From NCBI GenBank assembly GCA_951406725.2, contig OX597831.1:7254001-7318000 (forward strand): a DNA stretch of 64,000 bases. The letters run 5' to 3'. The notes under the pieces were generated by a model. That model was not told the DNA's origin. It did not search any database and saw only the letters and a list, made by a program, of their open reading frames with translations. The position numbers were made by a program, and so were the translations under genes. This document shows positions 37,691 to 53,245 of the stretch, piece after piece; the first letter of the stretch is position 1; each line of letters begins with the position of its first letter. This stretch comes from Octopus vulgaris. Lineage: Eukaryota.

Positions 37691-39528
37691 TATCCATCAA
37701 TGGATGGATTTTTTCTCTTATGAGGTTTTTCACGCTAACTACTTGATAAATTCTTATAAAGATTTTATCCGATGTTTAAATATATATATGAATTCAATCT
37801 TAATTTTCAAACAAAACAAAAAGGTTAAAATAAATTATAGTTACTAAAATGTGATATCAAAACTTTAGAGCTTCACTGAATAAAAAGCAATTTTGCATCT
37901 TTTCTCTAATTCACAATTAGACTGATTATTCAAATTATTTTAAAATTTTATGCATGAAATAACAATTTTTTGGTACAATAATTGATCTACAATACCAGCA
38001 AAATTATTAGTTAGTATTAGCAACAAAGACAGTAGAGATGAGCAATATTTTATTTTTTAATATTTAACAGTCAGTAATGTGATGAGAGAACACATTAACT
38101 TACATGAACAATAATACACTCAATACTCAAATAGCCATATTTCTTAAAATAATCAAGAATTTGGAGGGCTGCTTTATATTTATTTAGAGGTGTATTAAAT
38201 TGATGTATTGGGAAAAACCGAAAGAAGTATAATATAAAAAAAAAAAATCAGATTATTATTCACATAAAGCAATTTCAGTTGAGATTCGAATTTAAAACTG
38301 AACACTTTTGCATTATGAGATTAATGGGTGATCTTGAGTAGATTATATGAAAAGGGCTGATATACCATCTAAGATGAAAACATCATCATCATCATCGTTT
38401 AATGTCCGTTTTCCGCGCTAGCACGGGTTGGATGGTTCGACCGGGGTCTGGGAAGCCAGGGGCTGCACCAGGCTCCAGTCTGATCTGGCAGTGTTTCTAC
38501 AGCTGCCTCAGTGAAAATGTTGACTAATCATTGGTTATCTTCTTTAAGCCTGCTACGTGTATTCCCAGCTTTAGATTAGGTACACTGTGTCCTTACGTAT
38601 TGTAAGGAGCAACTAAGGGATCGCTGAAAAATGTTGCCTTAGTAAGAATCTGTCCAATCCATGCCAACAGAAAATCAGATGTAAAATGATGCTATACAAT
38701 ATAAGACCTCCCTCATACAGAAGTATAGCTACCATTCAAGCCACATCCTATGGCCACCATCCAGCTGGCAACAGAGCTGTTTGAGTAGTCTCTTATTAAT
38801 TCTGTAGACACAAGACAGCAATCAAAGTTACTGATTTATATTCTTAACAGACTACAAGTGTTTGCTTAAAGCTATTAGCTGATATAACCTCACAACACAC
38901 ATGAAAAGTAAGTTATCAATTTGGCTTACTCTTTTCCAACATTATGACTGCTGCAAGTCCTTTTCTAACTAATGATAAGGAGGAGCTGAACAAAATCAAT
39001 GTTGTAGTCAGTTTTTAAGATGTTCTTACATTATTGATCTTGCTATCAATGAAAACTTGAAAATAATTTTCATGGGACAAGTTGAATAATAACAATGCTT
39101 CTAAGAGTATCATCATCATTTAATGCCCGCTTTCCATGCTAGCATGGGTTGGATGGTTCGACTGGGGTCAGGGAAGCCAGGAGGCTGCACCAAGCTCCAG
39201 TCTGATCTGGCAGTGTTTCTACAGCTGGATGCCCTTCCTAACGCCAACCACTCTGTGAGTGTAGTGGGTGCTTTTTACTTGCCAGACGAGGCTGGCAATG
39301 GCCACGATTGGTTGGTGCTTTTTACGTGCCACTGGCACGGAGGCCAGTCGAGGCGGCGCTGGCAACGGCCACGTTCGGATGGTTCTTTTACGTATCACCG
39401 GCACTGGTATCACCAGAACTTTAATTGGAATTAGGTTAACTTCAAAATATTAGATAACATATAACAAAACCTAAACCAATTTGGAAGAACAGAATTACTG
39501 TCAGCATTAATGCTTTTTATTAATATTA

Positions 39529-40600
39529 CTAGAGTACCTGTGCCATCAGAAACGACAGCATGAAAATGATACAGGAAATAAAAACATTGCAACCTTTATC
39601 ACAGTAATTGCTTCAACACCACGTTTCTAGTGAAAACCCTACCAGCAATGAGTTTGCCTTGTTTCGGATGGTCCATTTCAGTATTTATTAATTCTTCCAT
39701 TCTTCTCGATGTTTTCTCCTTTGTGCTGCTTCCTCTCCCATTTCATCTTGTCACCTTCGCGATGCTCTCATTCTTAGATATTCTCTCCTCACTGCTGCTT
39801 GCTCTCCTGTTTCATCTTGGCGCTTTTGTGCTGCTCGCTCTCTCTCTCTCTCATCATCATCGTCGTCGTTTAACATCTGCTTTCCATGCTAGCATGGGTT
39901 GGACGACTTGACTGTGGGCTGGCGAACCAGATGGCTGCACCAGGCTCCAGTCTGATCTGGCAGAGTTTCTACAGCTGGATGCCCTTCCTAACGCCGGGTA
40001 CTTTTACATGCCACCAGCACGGGGCCAGTCAGGTGGCACTGGCAACAGCCTCGCTTGAATCTTTTACACATGCCACCGGCTTGGTGCTCCTTTTAATTTT
40101 GACATCTTCGATCCTGTCTTCTTGCATCTTGCACTCACCTCTCTTGTCTCATTCTTGTGATTGATTTAATAACCTTAATGTATTATTTAATCTTCTTGTG
40201 TCCAGTTTTCCTTGAGTGAGACTGGCTGTTCTTCGCCATTGTCTCTCACTGGATAACCGTCGTCTTCCGTCTGATTCATTCTCTATAGCAGGTGGATGAG
40301 TATATTTAATACAACGGAACACGAAATCCAAAACAAATGAGAATATTTGTGTGTGTGTGTATGTTTGTTTATATTTCTATACGTAACCATACAAAGTCCA
40401 TAATTTCACAAGATTACATTAACGGCATACAGACACACACAGAGACTTATTTTTTTACCCAGCAACGTCTACACGTTCTCTATCTCTGTCTGTTTGTCTC
40501 GCTCTCTTTACCGCCTGAAATGGAAAAAGATCTTGAAGACAAACTTCATCACCATGGCAAAATTCTTCATTCATAAATATTTACAAACATCACTGTATCG
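39529..40600 (-). mobile_element. Degenerate Helitron-derived segment interrupted by a SINE (about 39852-40080); 5' limit uncertain
   Basis: Minus-strand 3' hairpin TGCTGTC-N6-GATGGCA followed by CTAG|T. Decayed charged reading frame (ENESDGRRRLSSERQWRR) resembling Helitron N-terminal repeats. Confidence 0.4.
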
Positions 40601-41609
40601 GCAAGTATTTGTAAATATTTATAATTACCTTCCTTTTATATTTAGCTTTCTTTCAATAGACAATACTTTAATTCTATGACTTAAAACTTATTACTTATCT
40701 TATATTCTATTAACTTTGCAACTTTTTAAGCAGAAAATCTTCCAGAACAATTAAACATCCAGAGAGATACAGAAAAAATAATTTTGAGGTGCAAAAATCT
40801 TATTTACTTATATATTGTTTTGGCACTTCCCATGCCGGTGACACGTAAAAAGCACCGTCCAAACGTGGCAGATGCCAGCACCGCCTGACTGGTGTCCGTG
40901 TCGGTGACACGTAAAAGCACCAACTGATCATGGTCATTTGCCAGCCTGCTTTGGCCCCTGTGCCGGTGGCACGTAAAAAACACCCACTACACTCACGGAG
41001 TGGTTGGCGTTAGGAAGGGCATCCAGCCGTAGAAACACTGCCAAATCAGACTAGAGCCTGGTGCAGCCTCCATGGCTTCCAGACCCCGGTCGAACCATTC
41101 CACCCATGCTAGCGTGGAAAACGGATGTTAAATGAAGATGATGATTGTTATTAATGTTTACCAGAAAAAAATCAGCATTTATAAAAATGAAAATGTTGAG
41201 AGAGAGAGAGAGTGAAAAAGAAAGTTTGTGAGAAAGAGAGCGAGAGAGAGAGAGAGTGTGTGTGTGTGTGTGTGCGTGTCTGTAGATAGATAGGGAGAGA
41301 GAGAGAGAGAGAGGCAGTGTTCATCAATAAAATGAAAAGGTTTTTGTTGAGAGAGAGATCGAGAGGCACTGTTTGATATCACCCCCCCCCGGCCATCTCA
41401 TTGTTATTACCATTTTGTCTCTTTTCTTTTTTTTACTCTTACTTACACTGCTACTTCCTTATTGCATGACTTTGGACAAACTCACAAATAAGCTCATTAA
41501 TATGATAGATTATTTTTTAAAAAAAATATATTTGTTCAGTTCACTTTCTTGACTGCTGCCTTCCAATAAATAAACGGACAGGTATCATACGGAACAGAAT
41601 TGCATTTAC

Positions 41610-41665
41610 CTTGAGTTGTCAATTCCTGTCTACTTTCAGAATTGAATCCAGGTTCTGAATTATGT
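41610..41665 (-). CDS. HMG20A: HMG20A/B-like coding exon 2 (56 nt; G-HNSEPGFNSESRQELTTQ)
   Basis: Acceptor ttctcttgtttccag, donor AAG|GTAAAT. Only one frame is open (phase 2 in, phase 1 out). Confidence 0.72.
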
Positions 41666-43036
41666 CTGGAAACAAGAGAATAAAGAAAAATTTATAATTT
41701 TTTTTTTTTAAAGAAAGCAATAATATTTTGACTTTGAAATAGAAACATTGAAAAAAAAAAAAAGGCCACATGATACTCTAAATTAATTCATTGGTCCAAC
41801 TCATCAAATTATATTTAAAAAAGCCCAGACGTCATCATGGTCATTTAGTGAAGCTCAAGCATTAAATTTCATCTCATGAGCTGAAACCTAAACATCATGG
41901 ACAATAAGTTTATTCAATTCAATATAATTTCATTTATGATCCTATAAGGAAAGCTGCATAGTGAAAAGGGTTACATAGAACATGGTTTGTTGGGTATATT
42001 AATTGGGCAACTTGGAATCAAAAACAGGGATCAATGTGTAGAGAGGAGACAGTCATACAGAGTCAAACTAAAGTAAATGAACACAGAGTCCATAGCAAAA
42101 GCTTTATAAACAATGTTAACAACATGACTCACCAAGAATAAATCAGGGGAGCATTTTGCACACTAAATTCAAATATGATGGGATCTCTCACATGTCTTGT
42201 AAAAGCTGTAATTTATTGAGATTACCCATGCTATTAATAGACAAAAGAACCTTCTAACAGCATTTAAAAACTAAAATAAAGGAAATAACTTAAATACAAG
42301 TAGTTGAAATTTTATTGAAGTTTTCTCTCTGTTTTTAAAAACATTTGCAATTCAAATTACATATCTAAGACCCGGCCATATTATAAAGTATTTATACACA
42401 GCATCACATTGTGTGTGTAAACTGTCTCCAGCTGAGTCTAGATTCTTGAAGTTAATGTAAATTATTCAAAATTCCTTCAAAGCTTTTACAAGATAAATCT
42501 GTAAAATGGAGAAAAATCTGAAGCTTTTAGTGAAAAACTGATTCCTAAAAATGTTCAGATGAAAACATAAACTACAGCTTTGGTGAAAATAGTTCAACCT
42601 TACAAGATACTAACTGATACTAAACTGAATTTCATTTACTCAACTCAAGCAAATAAGTTTTTAAAAAACCCCAAACACTATAATGCACTGGAAGTTGTAG
42701 GGTCTGAAACTATATTCCTAAACCATTCCCCTGCCGTGTATGTGTGTGTGTAAAACTAATTTCAAGTTATGAATAAAAACCACTTTTGCATAAATTCCTT
42801 TGTTTCAGCATTTAGATTCTTACCAGTCTCAATTCACTTTAAAATTTCCTACAAAGATGAGAGTTTGTGCTGAAGGAAATCCCAAAAATATTCACATTTT
42901 ATAGTAAAAAAAAAAATAAGGGTTACAAAGACAAAAATAAAAATAACTCAATGAAAACAGGCAAAACTGAAACAACAAAATGTTGAATAGGGAGCACATG
43001 TATAAAATGAAAGTAGTGACATCTAATCACTATTAA

Positions 43037-43259
43037 CCCTTTGGCATTTAAACTGGCCCACATCAGGCCCAAATATTCTACCTGTTTTGTGTTCAAATTA
43101 GCCAGATTTAACCTCTCACACCTACCCTACAATGATATCATCAAAATAAACAATTACATCATTGAAATCTGAAAGTTGTGAGATAATGCATGATTAACTC
43201 AAAACAAATGTCAATAAATAAGTATAACATTTCACAGAGTTTTCTGAATGCTTAAAGGG
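43037..43259. mobile_element. piggyBac-type MITE, second family (other copies 44251-44454 and, inverted and degenerate, about 27539-27766)
   Basis: TTAA|CCCTTTGGCATT...AAAGGG|TTAA. Interior is shared with 44251-44454. Confidence 0.75.
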
Positions 43260-43475
43260 TTAAGGTCACAACACCACAGAGTTTTATTTTTCCTGTTCTG
43301 AACTGCAGACAAGAATAACTCAGTACTTTACTCAGATCAGAGAGGTCAGCAGTACTAGTGAAAGACTCTTCTGACTAGAAGCCAACTCATTCTAGGCACT
43401 TAGCTACTATTGTAACTTATAAGGAGTAAATATTGCCAGAAACTGTCTCTCTGTGTTTCAGCTGGATTATATTAA

Positions 43476-43696
43476 CCCTTTCATTACCAACCCGGCTGAA
43501 ACTGGCTCTGGCTCTTTAGTACAAATGTCTGGTTTTCAAAAGTTCTGAATTAAAATCTTCTACCAAACCTTAGTCACAATTTATGTTCCTATAACTAGCT
43601 TAATTATAACGATGTTATTTTACTAAATTCGTTGTTATAATTAAAATAATTGGAAGAAACACAGAACATCTGAAAATAAATACAGTAACAAAAGGG
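43476..43696. mobile_element. piggyBac-type MITE, same family as 24334-24536
   Basis: TTAA|CCCTTTCATTACCAACCCGGCTGAA...GTAACAAAAGGG|TTAA. Confidence 0.8.
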
Positions 43697-44842
43697 TTAA
43701 ATATTCTCAATATTATGATTTTAAAAGCTTGTAATTACAGATTACTACAGCAATTACAATTCTATTTAATAATAACTTATACTGCTTATATCAGAAAGGA
43801 TATTTTACAAGTCACCTACAAATTAAATTACAAAAGTTAATTAGAAAGTAGTTATTTTGAATTTATATTACTTCCATACACAATTATGAAGCAATCATTA
43901 ATTAATATTATTATTTAAAGTTTGTTTTACCATTATATATAAATGGTTTGATTTGTTTTGTTAAAGACAACTTATTAGCATAGCAACTATAATCTCTACT
44001 TAACGTAATTCATGTAATGATAGAATATGGTCATATCTGGCATCACCCCAACTATTACATACATGTGTGTAGAGTCCTTAAGTAAACGAATTGAGGGGGG
44101 AGGCTTGTACAAATAGTTGTTTTTTATTCCAAGGTCATCTGATGGGGCAGCTCTATGATCAAGGGTTTTCCAACCATGACCATCGAGTATTTTTGTGTCC
44201 AGGAATACTGCATATTCAGGATTATTGGATACATCCTTTATCCTTTTCATCCCTTTGGCATTCAAACTGGCCATATCCAGCCCAATTTTATGTTCAAGCT
44301 GGCCATATCCAGCCTCTCACACTTATGCTACAATGTCATTCTAAAAATAAACATTCACATTATTGAAATCTCAGATATGAGATAATGCATGATTAATTCA
44401 AAAGACTGAATAAATAAGCATCACATTTGATGGAATAATCTGAATGCTAAAGGGTTAAGATAGTAAGGTGTCATTTGTGGGAAATTTGACTGCTATTTCT
44501 AGCTGATTGAGTGCTCATATAGGGGCTGAGAGAAGATGAAAGAAAGAGACAATATATAAAGAATATTGTCAAATGCCTTGATGGGTTTCGGTGAAAGAAA
44601 TTAATCCCAGTGCTTATTTTTTAAAGCCTAGTACTTATTCTCTCAATCCCTTTTGTCAAACTGCTAAGTTACAGGGATATAAACAAAAACCAACTGTGAA
44701 TGTCAAGTGGTAAGGAGGTGCAGATGACAAATACTAACACACAACTATGAATGAGAGGCTTCTACAGTTTCTGTCTACCAAATTTGTCATTTTAGGGTTA
44801 TAGAAGAAGGCACTTGCCAAAGGTGCTGTGCTGTAGGAGGAG

Positions 44843-44998
44843 ACCCCCTTCGGTCATAAATGACCATGGGATTGCACCTAGAAAGTTACCCTCTGAGGCA
44901 CAAGTCCAAGCAAGGTTGTTTGTGGAAGGCCAGCAGCCGCCCATGCATACCAGCCTCCCCTCTCCACACCATTGATGTTATCCAAGGGTAAGGCAAAA
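44843..44998 (+). mobile_element. Short retroelement fragment abutting the mariner relic
   Basis: GC-richer block CCCCTTCGGTCATAAATGACCATGGGATTGCACC...AAGGCAAA, recognised only as repeat-like. Confidence 0.4.
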
Positions 44999-45669
44999 GC
45001 CGATATCAGGTTTTGCCAAAAGCTTGGTGGCACTCAAGCTCAAACCATCCAGAAGATTCAGCAGGCTTTTGGCAATGAAGATGCCATGGGCAAAACTCAG
45101 ATCAAGAAGTGGTACAACCGCTTCAAACAAGGCTGCACTCAGAGTGAGGTATGTTCAGGATGGTCATGCACAGGCTGAAATGAGGAGCTGATTGAGAAGG
45201 TTCAGCAAATAGTCATGGAAGACCATTGTGGAAAAGTCCAGGAAATTGCTTATGAAGTGGGAATAAGCACAGGATCAGTGTATTCCATTTTAACAGAGGA
45301 CCTGTGCAAGTAGAGAGAGGGTCAGCAAAAAAATGAAGTCAGATACTTTTTGAATAAACTTTGTAATTGAAGCTTTCCTGGTCAAGAACAACACACCACT
45401 TGTTTGACAGACTCTCTACTCTCCTGACTTGATACTGCATGACTTCTGGCTCTTTACCAAACTGAAAACTATACTGAAGGGGGAAGTGATTTGAATCACG
45501 AGAGGAAAATATGAGAAAAGTGGCAGTGAAGCTCCATTACATTGCAAAAGTGTTATCAGCAGAGTAACAGAACTGCTGGGAGAAGTGTGCAAACTCCCTA
45601 AATTTGTGAAATGTACAAAATTGCTTTTTTTTTATGCCCAAAGGTCAGATACTTTTTCAATGCACCTTG
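44992..45669 (+). mobile_element. Degenerate mariner/Tc1 transposase relic
   Basis: IRFCQKLG...IQQAFGNEDAMGKTQIKKWYNRFKQG HTH region, a YSPDL..DFWLF.KLK..LKG-like motif near 45417-45480, and a TIR-like end followed by TA. Confidence 0.8.
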
Positions 45670-47022
45670 TATATAGTAACAAACCAAATTTGAACAAGGA
45701 GTCATTACAAGGAAGGACTACTCTTATTTACTAGGCCAGTGAATAAAGAACATTATTAGTCTTACTTTTGAAAAAGTTCCTAGTTACAAACAAGTCTGGT
45801 ACTATGTGAGCAAAACTGACCAAGGCCCCAGATGGCATTGAGACATCCAACAGATTAATATGGAGTTGCACATTTTGAAAAAAAAAAAAAGGATTCAGCG
45901 CTTCAAACCAATTTATACAAAATACTTAAATAAATCATATGATTGCTGAATAATTAAGATGTTGCACTCATCATCATCATCATCATTTAACGTCTGTTTT
46001 CCATGCTAGCATGGGTTGGACGGTTCGACCGGGGTCTGGCAAGCCATGGAGGCTGCACCAGGCTCTAGTCTGATTTGGCAGTGTTTCTACAGCTGGATGC
46101 TCTTCCTAACGCCAACCACTCTGTGAGTGTAGTGGGAGCTTTTTACGTGCCACCGGCACAGGGGCCAGAGCAGGCTGGCAAAGGGCCACGATCGATTGGT
46201 GCTTTTACATGTCACCGACACAGACGCCAGTGTCACATATTTAAATTAGGCAAGAAGATATGTTAAGAGATTTGAGTAAAACAAAATGAAAATTTTCAAT
46301 AAGATTTCCAAACTGTTTTTATATTAATAAAATCATTTTCTTTTTGTTAACAGCAACTTTAAGACATGCAAAATCCATGCATAACAAAATTCAAAGACAA
46401 CAGTTTATCTCAAGCATTTAAAAAGACACAAGGGTTAAGACAATGGACACACAACAGAGTGAAACTATTGAAATCTAAGGGTAGAGCAAGCATCCCGGCC
46501 AAATACATGGAGCCCATGTTTGTTACATAGTTTCCATGTGGCTGTATAGATATAATTTGAAATAATCCATTAGGAGGAGTTTCTCGGACTTAACATTATT
46601 TTAACCAATCTATTAAGCATAGTCTTAAAATAGGGAAGAAATGTTATTTTTTCAAAACAATAATTTTACTTTATTTGGGATAAAATATGACATAAACAGG
46701 TGCAAAACTACCATTATGAAAGAAACTATTTGAAGGTAAAAAAACCTCAAATAGAAGATGAGATCATTGAAGGTGTTGAATTCACAAAAAGCATAGTGGG
46801 AATTTGAACCTATGGCATAGGAATTCAAGTAGCTTAACCACACAGCTTCCATGCATCTCTTAATATTGATCAGAATCCTTTCCCATCAGCTACCTAAAAG
46901 AATAGGATACATTTGGAAATGTTTCTTTTTCATAGGGAAATAGAGAACTTCATTCACTCTGCACAGTTAAGGTACGTTGATTAAAAATTTACAGTTTCCG
47001 TTAGATATAGAAATATCCCTAC

Positions 47023-47102
47023 CCAGAGTCCACTGTCAAATCATTGCTTTCTTTTGAAACGTCTTCTTCATAGCCATCATATGGTAACTTCAGTACAGAC
47101 AT
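47023..47102 (-). CDS. HMG20A: HMG20A/B-like gene, first coding exon (MSVLKLPYDGYEEDVSKESNDLTVDS+GG)
   Basis: ATG at 47102 with an in-frame upstream TGA. Donor GG|GTAGGG. Its phase-2 end matches the only open frame of the next exon. The N-terminus is poorly conserved, so support comes from splice phase only. Confidence 0.7.
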
Positions 47103-49614
47103 TATTCTTGGAGCTGGAGAGGATCTCCAACTTCACACATTCCAGATCAGAACTGAAATAGACATCATATGAGGTGACGGACTGATTCCTACAGAAGCTG
47201 GAGAAAACAATATACAGGAGACTGTTTAAAGAAGTGACTACCTCTCTATGGCCACCACTCACTAAATCTCAAAAATCTACCTTTATATCTCAGCTTTCTG
47301 AAATAAATTACCATTATATTATCCTTTGATTTGTTTCATCTCTTGAAGAGAGAGAGAGAGAGAAAAAAAGGTAAGTCCCAGCATTTTAGTCAAGCACTAC
47401 CATGAATGAAAACAATAAAATCTATTTCTCTTAAAAAGTTAGTGTTTAAACTATATTAAAATCACAGCTATATGAGACAATGGAAGAATAAATTAATACT
47501 CCAGTCAAATTCTGGCTCAACTTTTTAAGTTATTTTCAACAGTTTCTCTGGTTTTTACAGTTTAAAATATAATTTATATACAAAATATAAATAGTAAAAT
47601 AAATTTACTAGTTATTATTGAACTATGTTTATACTTTGGTTTTATAGTAAAATAAATGTTCAAATCTTTGTAGCATTGATATTAGTTTCAAATATAAAAA
47701 TGATCAAAATTTCAAATAACCAGAATTAATTGAAAATAATTCATTTGACTGATATGTAGTTTTATAGTTCATATATTTCTTCATTAAATTCAAGAGAAAT
47801 ATTGGTTTTGTAATTTTGGAAGCCTTACAGAAATTAAAAGAAAAGAGATTGATAACTAATGAGTTTGAACAGTTTCATGCAATTATTATTTTCATTCAAT
47901 TTTGGCAAGTTAGATGAAGAAAAAAAGAAAAAAAGTCAAGCAAAGTTAGCAAGTTTAAAATTGAAGCATATTGTTTAATAGTTAAATGAACAGTTTTTGC
48001 TAAATACAAATTACTAAAATATATTAACTGTTTAAATAATCAAATACAAAGTGGATGCAATTCTTACTCCAAAACTAGGTGCTTAATGACAAAAGTTTAT
48101 GAATAACTTTGAGCTGTAATATTTCTGACAGGTTTTGAACCCACATATTAGAAATCTTTCACTACTTGGTTCTTTGACATTCCTAACTTTTAGTTGTCTA
48201 CACTCAAATTTGTAAGAATAGGATAAATTACAAGATTTAACAGCAAGGAAACAATCTCACCAAGGAGTCTATTTATTGGAAATCTATAAGTAAACAAACA
48301 AATCTTTGTATTTTAATTCCTGATACACAATTGATCAAAGTGGTTTCCATTCATGTGAACAAGATGAATATTAATATCAACCATAAAGTTAGATATTTTA
48401 TGACACCAAAGCTATTTATTGGGAAACTATTAACAAATAATTATTTCTTTTGAGGTTCCTTCTTCTGTCATATGTGTGTCAGGCATATTACTGTGTTTAC
48501 TGATGAAATACCTAACAATGACCCAGGACTTTCAAACAACAAACTGAGGCATACAGTATTTTCAGGTATATGGCAGTCTGACTGAAGAGATGCAAGTTTA
48601 TGTTTGTACCCCAAATATGCTTAAATCATGGTACTCACCTTATTGATATAAACCTGGCTAGATATACTGATAGAAATATTGAATGACCCAGACATCAGAA
48701 TTTACAATGCTTATGCTCCAATGATTCAGTGTATAGTATCATAGAATTTACCACATTTATTCCAATGAAGAAAGAGTAACATGGCTTGGCAAGGTTCAAA
48801 CTCAGAATTGTTAGGGACTTAATCTGATGATGCATTTAAACCTGGCATCTCATATCTAAATCACACACAATTATGAATTTATTGCATGTGGTATTTTAGT
48901 ACACCACATTTAAACTCAATTATCCAAATTTATGTGATAGGCTCTCTTAAGTTATTTTTCAGTCGTTTTTCTTTTTCACTAAATTACCCCTGGCCAGAAA
49001 TATAATTAATTTTCTTTTGATTGGCAGGCGAGTTGACAGTGTAACTAAGCTGAAGATGTCTATCAGATTGAAACATATACCTACAGTTGTTCTTTGCTTA
49101 AAACTAAGATCATAATGTTCTTTCCCCAGCAGAGAAACTAATTGCAAAATTTATTCTCAATTTCTCAAAATTATTCCATCTCCTTAAGGCTTGCTAACAA
49201 CTGCTGCTAGGCTTGTCAAAGGGGAATTTTAAAAAATTATTTCTTGAGTATGGCATTTCAAGCCTCTTGGAAAGATTTGAAGAAGCAGAAAACTACATCA
49301 AGTAGCTCAAAAGGAAACTGTCAAGAATATTTAAAAAGAAAAGGCACAGAAAATGAACGTTGGTTAATGTCCTTACAGCACAAAGAGCAGAAGGGGGAGT
49401 TGTTTCGGATTGCAAAGTAGTTCACTAGAGTTGATAAATAATGGGGAAGTGTGTACGGATGGAGAACAGTACACCTGTCTTGACTAATATCGAAAAGAGG
49501 CATGGAAGTGTCATGAGCAGCTGTTAAAAAGTAGAATTCATGGAAGAAAGTGAGTCTTCCAAGAGTAAACCCAGCCATTCAAGTTGACAGCAATAGGATA
49601 GGTAAAGCATTTAG

Positions 49615-50330
49615 GGACATGAAGGAAGTGAAAGCTCCTGGTTCATGAGGAATTATTGCTGAAACATAATATCTGATGGGGTAGAGTATGGGCTCACCAT
49701 CCCAGTCAATCAGGGATGAGTCAATGGGAAATGACTGACACAGCAGCTAGAAGAGTAAAATAAATGCATTAGGGAGAGAGAGAGGAATTGTTGGATAGGA
49801 TAAGCTTTGTGCAAGCAGACAGCACAACTGATGCCATCTTCATACTAAATTGCAAAAGGACTTCAAAGTAAGCTACTGATTTGGAGAAAGTCTTTGACAG
49901 GGACCCGTGTCATACTAGAAGATGAATGGCATATGAGGGCTATATAGTCATACAAACCATGTATGTACAAAGCTATGGTCAGCAAGGGTTACAGTGATGA
50001 ATTTAGTGTGCAGGTTGGTGACGGGGACCAGTTCTCAAGCTCCTATTTATCATAATCCTTCAGGCAATAACAGAAGAATTAAAGATTGCCTGTGAGAACT
50101 CCAATATGTTGATGACATTGTTCCTGCAGCTGACTCTGTAGAATTAGAGAAAATATCCGAAATGTGGAACCAAAACCTAGAATTGAGAGGTCTCAAAGTA
50201 AATTTGAAGAATATAAATAGGGAAATGGCCTTATTCAATATGCAGAAATGAAGTAGGCTGGATTTCTATATGGAGTACCCAGTATTAACTATGGTCACAC
50301 AAGAGGTGAAGTAGTATCATAAGCAGGCTA
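49615..50330 (+). mobile_element. Highly decayed RTE-like LINE RT remnant
   Basis: Remnants of STTDAIFIL, DLEKxFDR, LSSYLFII, YVDDIVxAA and GLKVNxxK motifs in broken frames. Confidence 0.6.
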
Positions 50331-50429
50331 ACAAAGAAACAAACTTTGTACATGGCAGATGCATATATACACATGTGTGTATATATACACACACATACAG
50401 ACATATATATATAAGATCATAATGTTCTT

Positions 50430-50470
<41 letters not shown>

Positions 50471-51779
50471 GTATACACACACGAATATTCGAGTATATAT
50501 ATATATACATCCTAACCCTATATATTACCACTTTTAAACCTCCAGTGTAGCTGTTATCTTACATGCCATAATTACGACATATCACAAATTTGAAAATTTA
50601 ATTCACATTGTCAGGTATAGTTTTAGGATGTCATAAAACAGATTCCGTTTTTTGGGTGTTTTTGTATAGAGTAACCAATAAAAAAAAAAAAAATTAAACC
50701 TAACCCCTAATATCAATGTAATCGAATATTTCATCAGTGATGTCCTCAACGATTTAACTAATTCATTAAGTATGTTATTTTTGATTCTTGATGTAGTTGG
50801 AAGAGAATAATTCCTGAATGATTATTTAGGCAGAATGAAACCATTTAGTTACGTATCCTGGACGTCGAGTTCAAATCAGACCGGGAGTCAACTGATGTTT
50901 TTATCTTTCCTGGACCGATTAATAATTTAAACACGAGTCAAGTCGAGAAATCGATTAAATCGACTTGTAGCCTGATGCCAATATTAGGAATCGCTATTAT
51001 TATTATTATTATAAGAGTATACTTAGTAGAAAAGATTGTTATTGTTACTATTATTATTAAAATCGTCTCAGAAAGCACATGACTGATTGCACATAAAAAA
51101 AATGTTAAAAAAACACACATTTGATTTAAGCCGAATTGAAATACGAATAAACATTTCTATAATAGGCACAAGGCCTGAAATTTGGTAGGGAGTAAGTCGT
51201 TTACATTGACCCCACCCCAGTATTCAATTTGTATTTATTTTATTGACCCCGAAAAGATGAAAGGCAAAGTCAACTTCGGTGGAATTTGAACTCAGAACTT
51301 AAAGAGAGACGAAATGCCGCTCAGCATTTTGTCGTTATATGTTAGGGTGCAACAAAGGCCTAAAGTAATAGTTTCAGATTCAATTTAACAATTAATATAT
51401 TAATTAAAAAAAACCCAAAAAAAACTTGTATGTGTTTAATAAGAAAAGAAACGACAGAGCAATTAAATAACTGGGACGTTAGGGGGTAAAACAACCATTT
51501 AATTTGGAACATTATTCAATCAGTTATTCGACTCTACGTTCTGGGTTCAAATACTGTCGAAAGCGACTTCGCCATTCAGCCATTCGGGGGGCAATGAAAT
51601 AAGCACCAGTTGAGCCGAGGGTTCAAGGTAATCGATTAGCCCCATCAATCGAAATTTCAGGCCTTGTGTTTTGCAGCAGAAAGAATTAGTCAATCAGTTA
51701 TTATTTTCTATTATAACTTTTGTAGTTAATATTTAGTTAGTTGTTTACTTTCGGCAAGTCAATAATAGGAAGGAGCCAG

Positions 51780-53245
<1,466 letters not shown>

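Noticed and set aside
48578-48620. CTGAAGA hammerhead-core-like word
   Set aside because: No stem II or GAAA at a suitable distance.
48639-48666. 28-nt minus-strand micro-exon candidate with AAG|GTGAGT donor
   Set aside because: The acceptor is weak and there is no way to support a 5' UTR exon from sequence alone.
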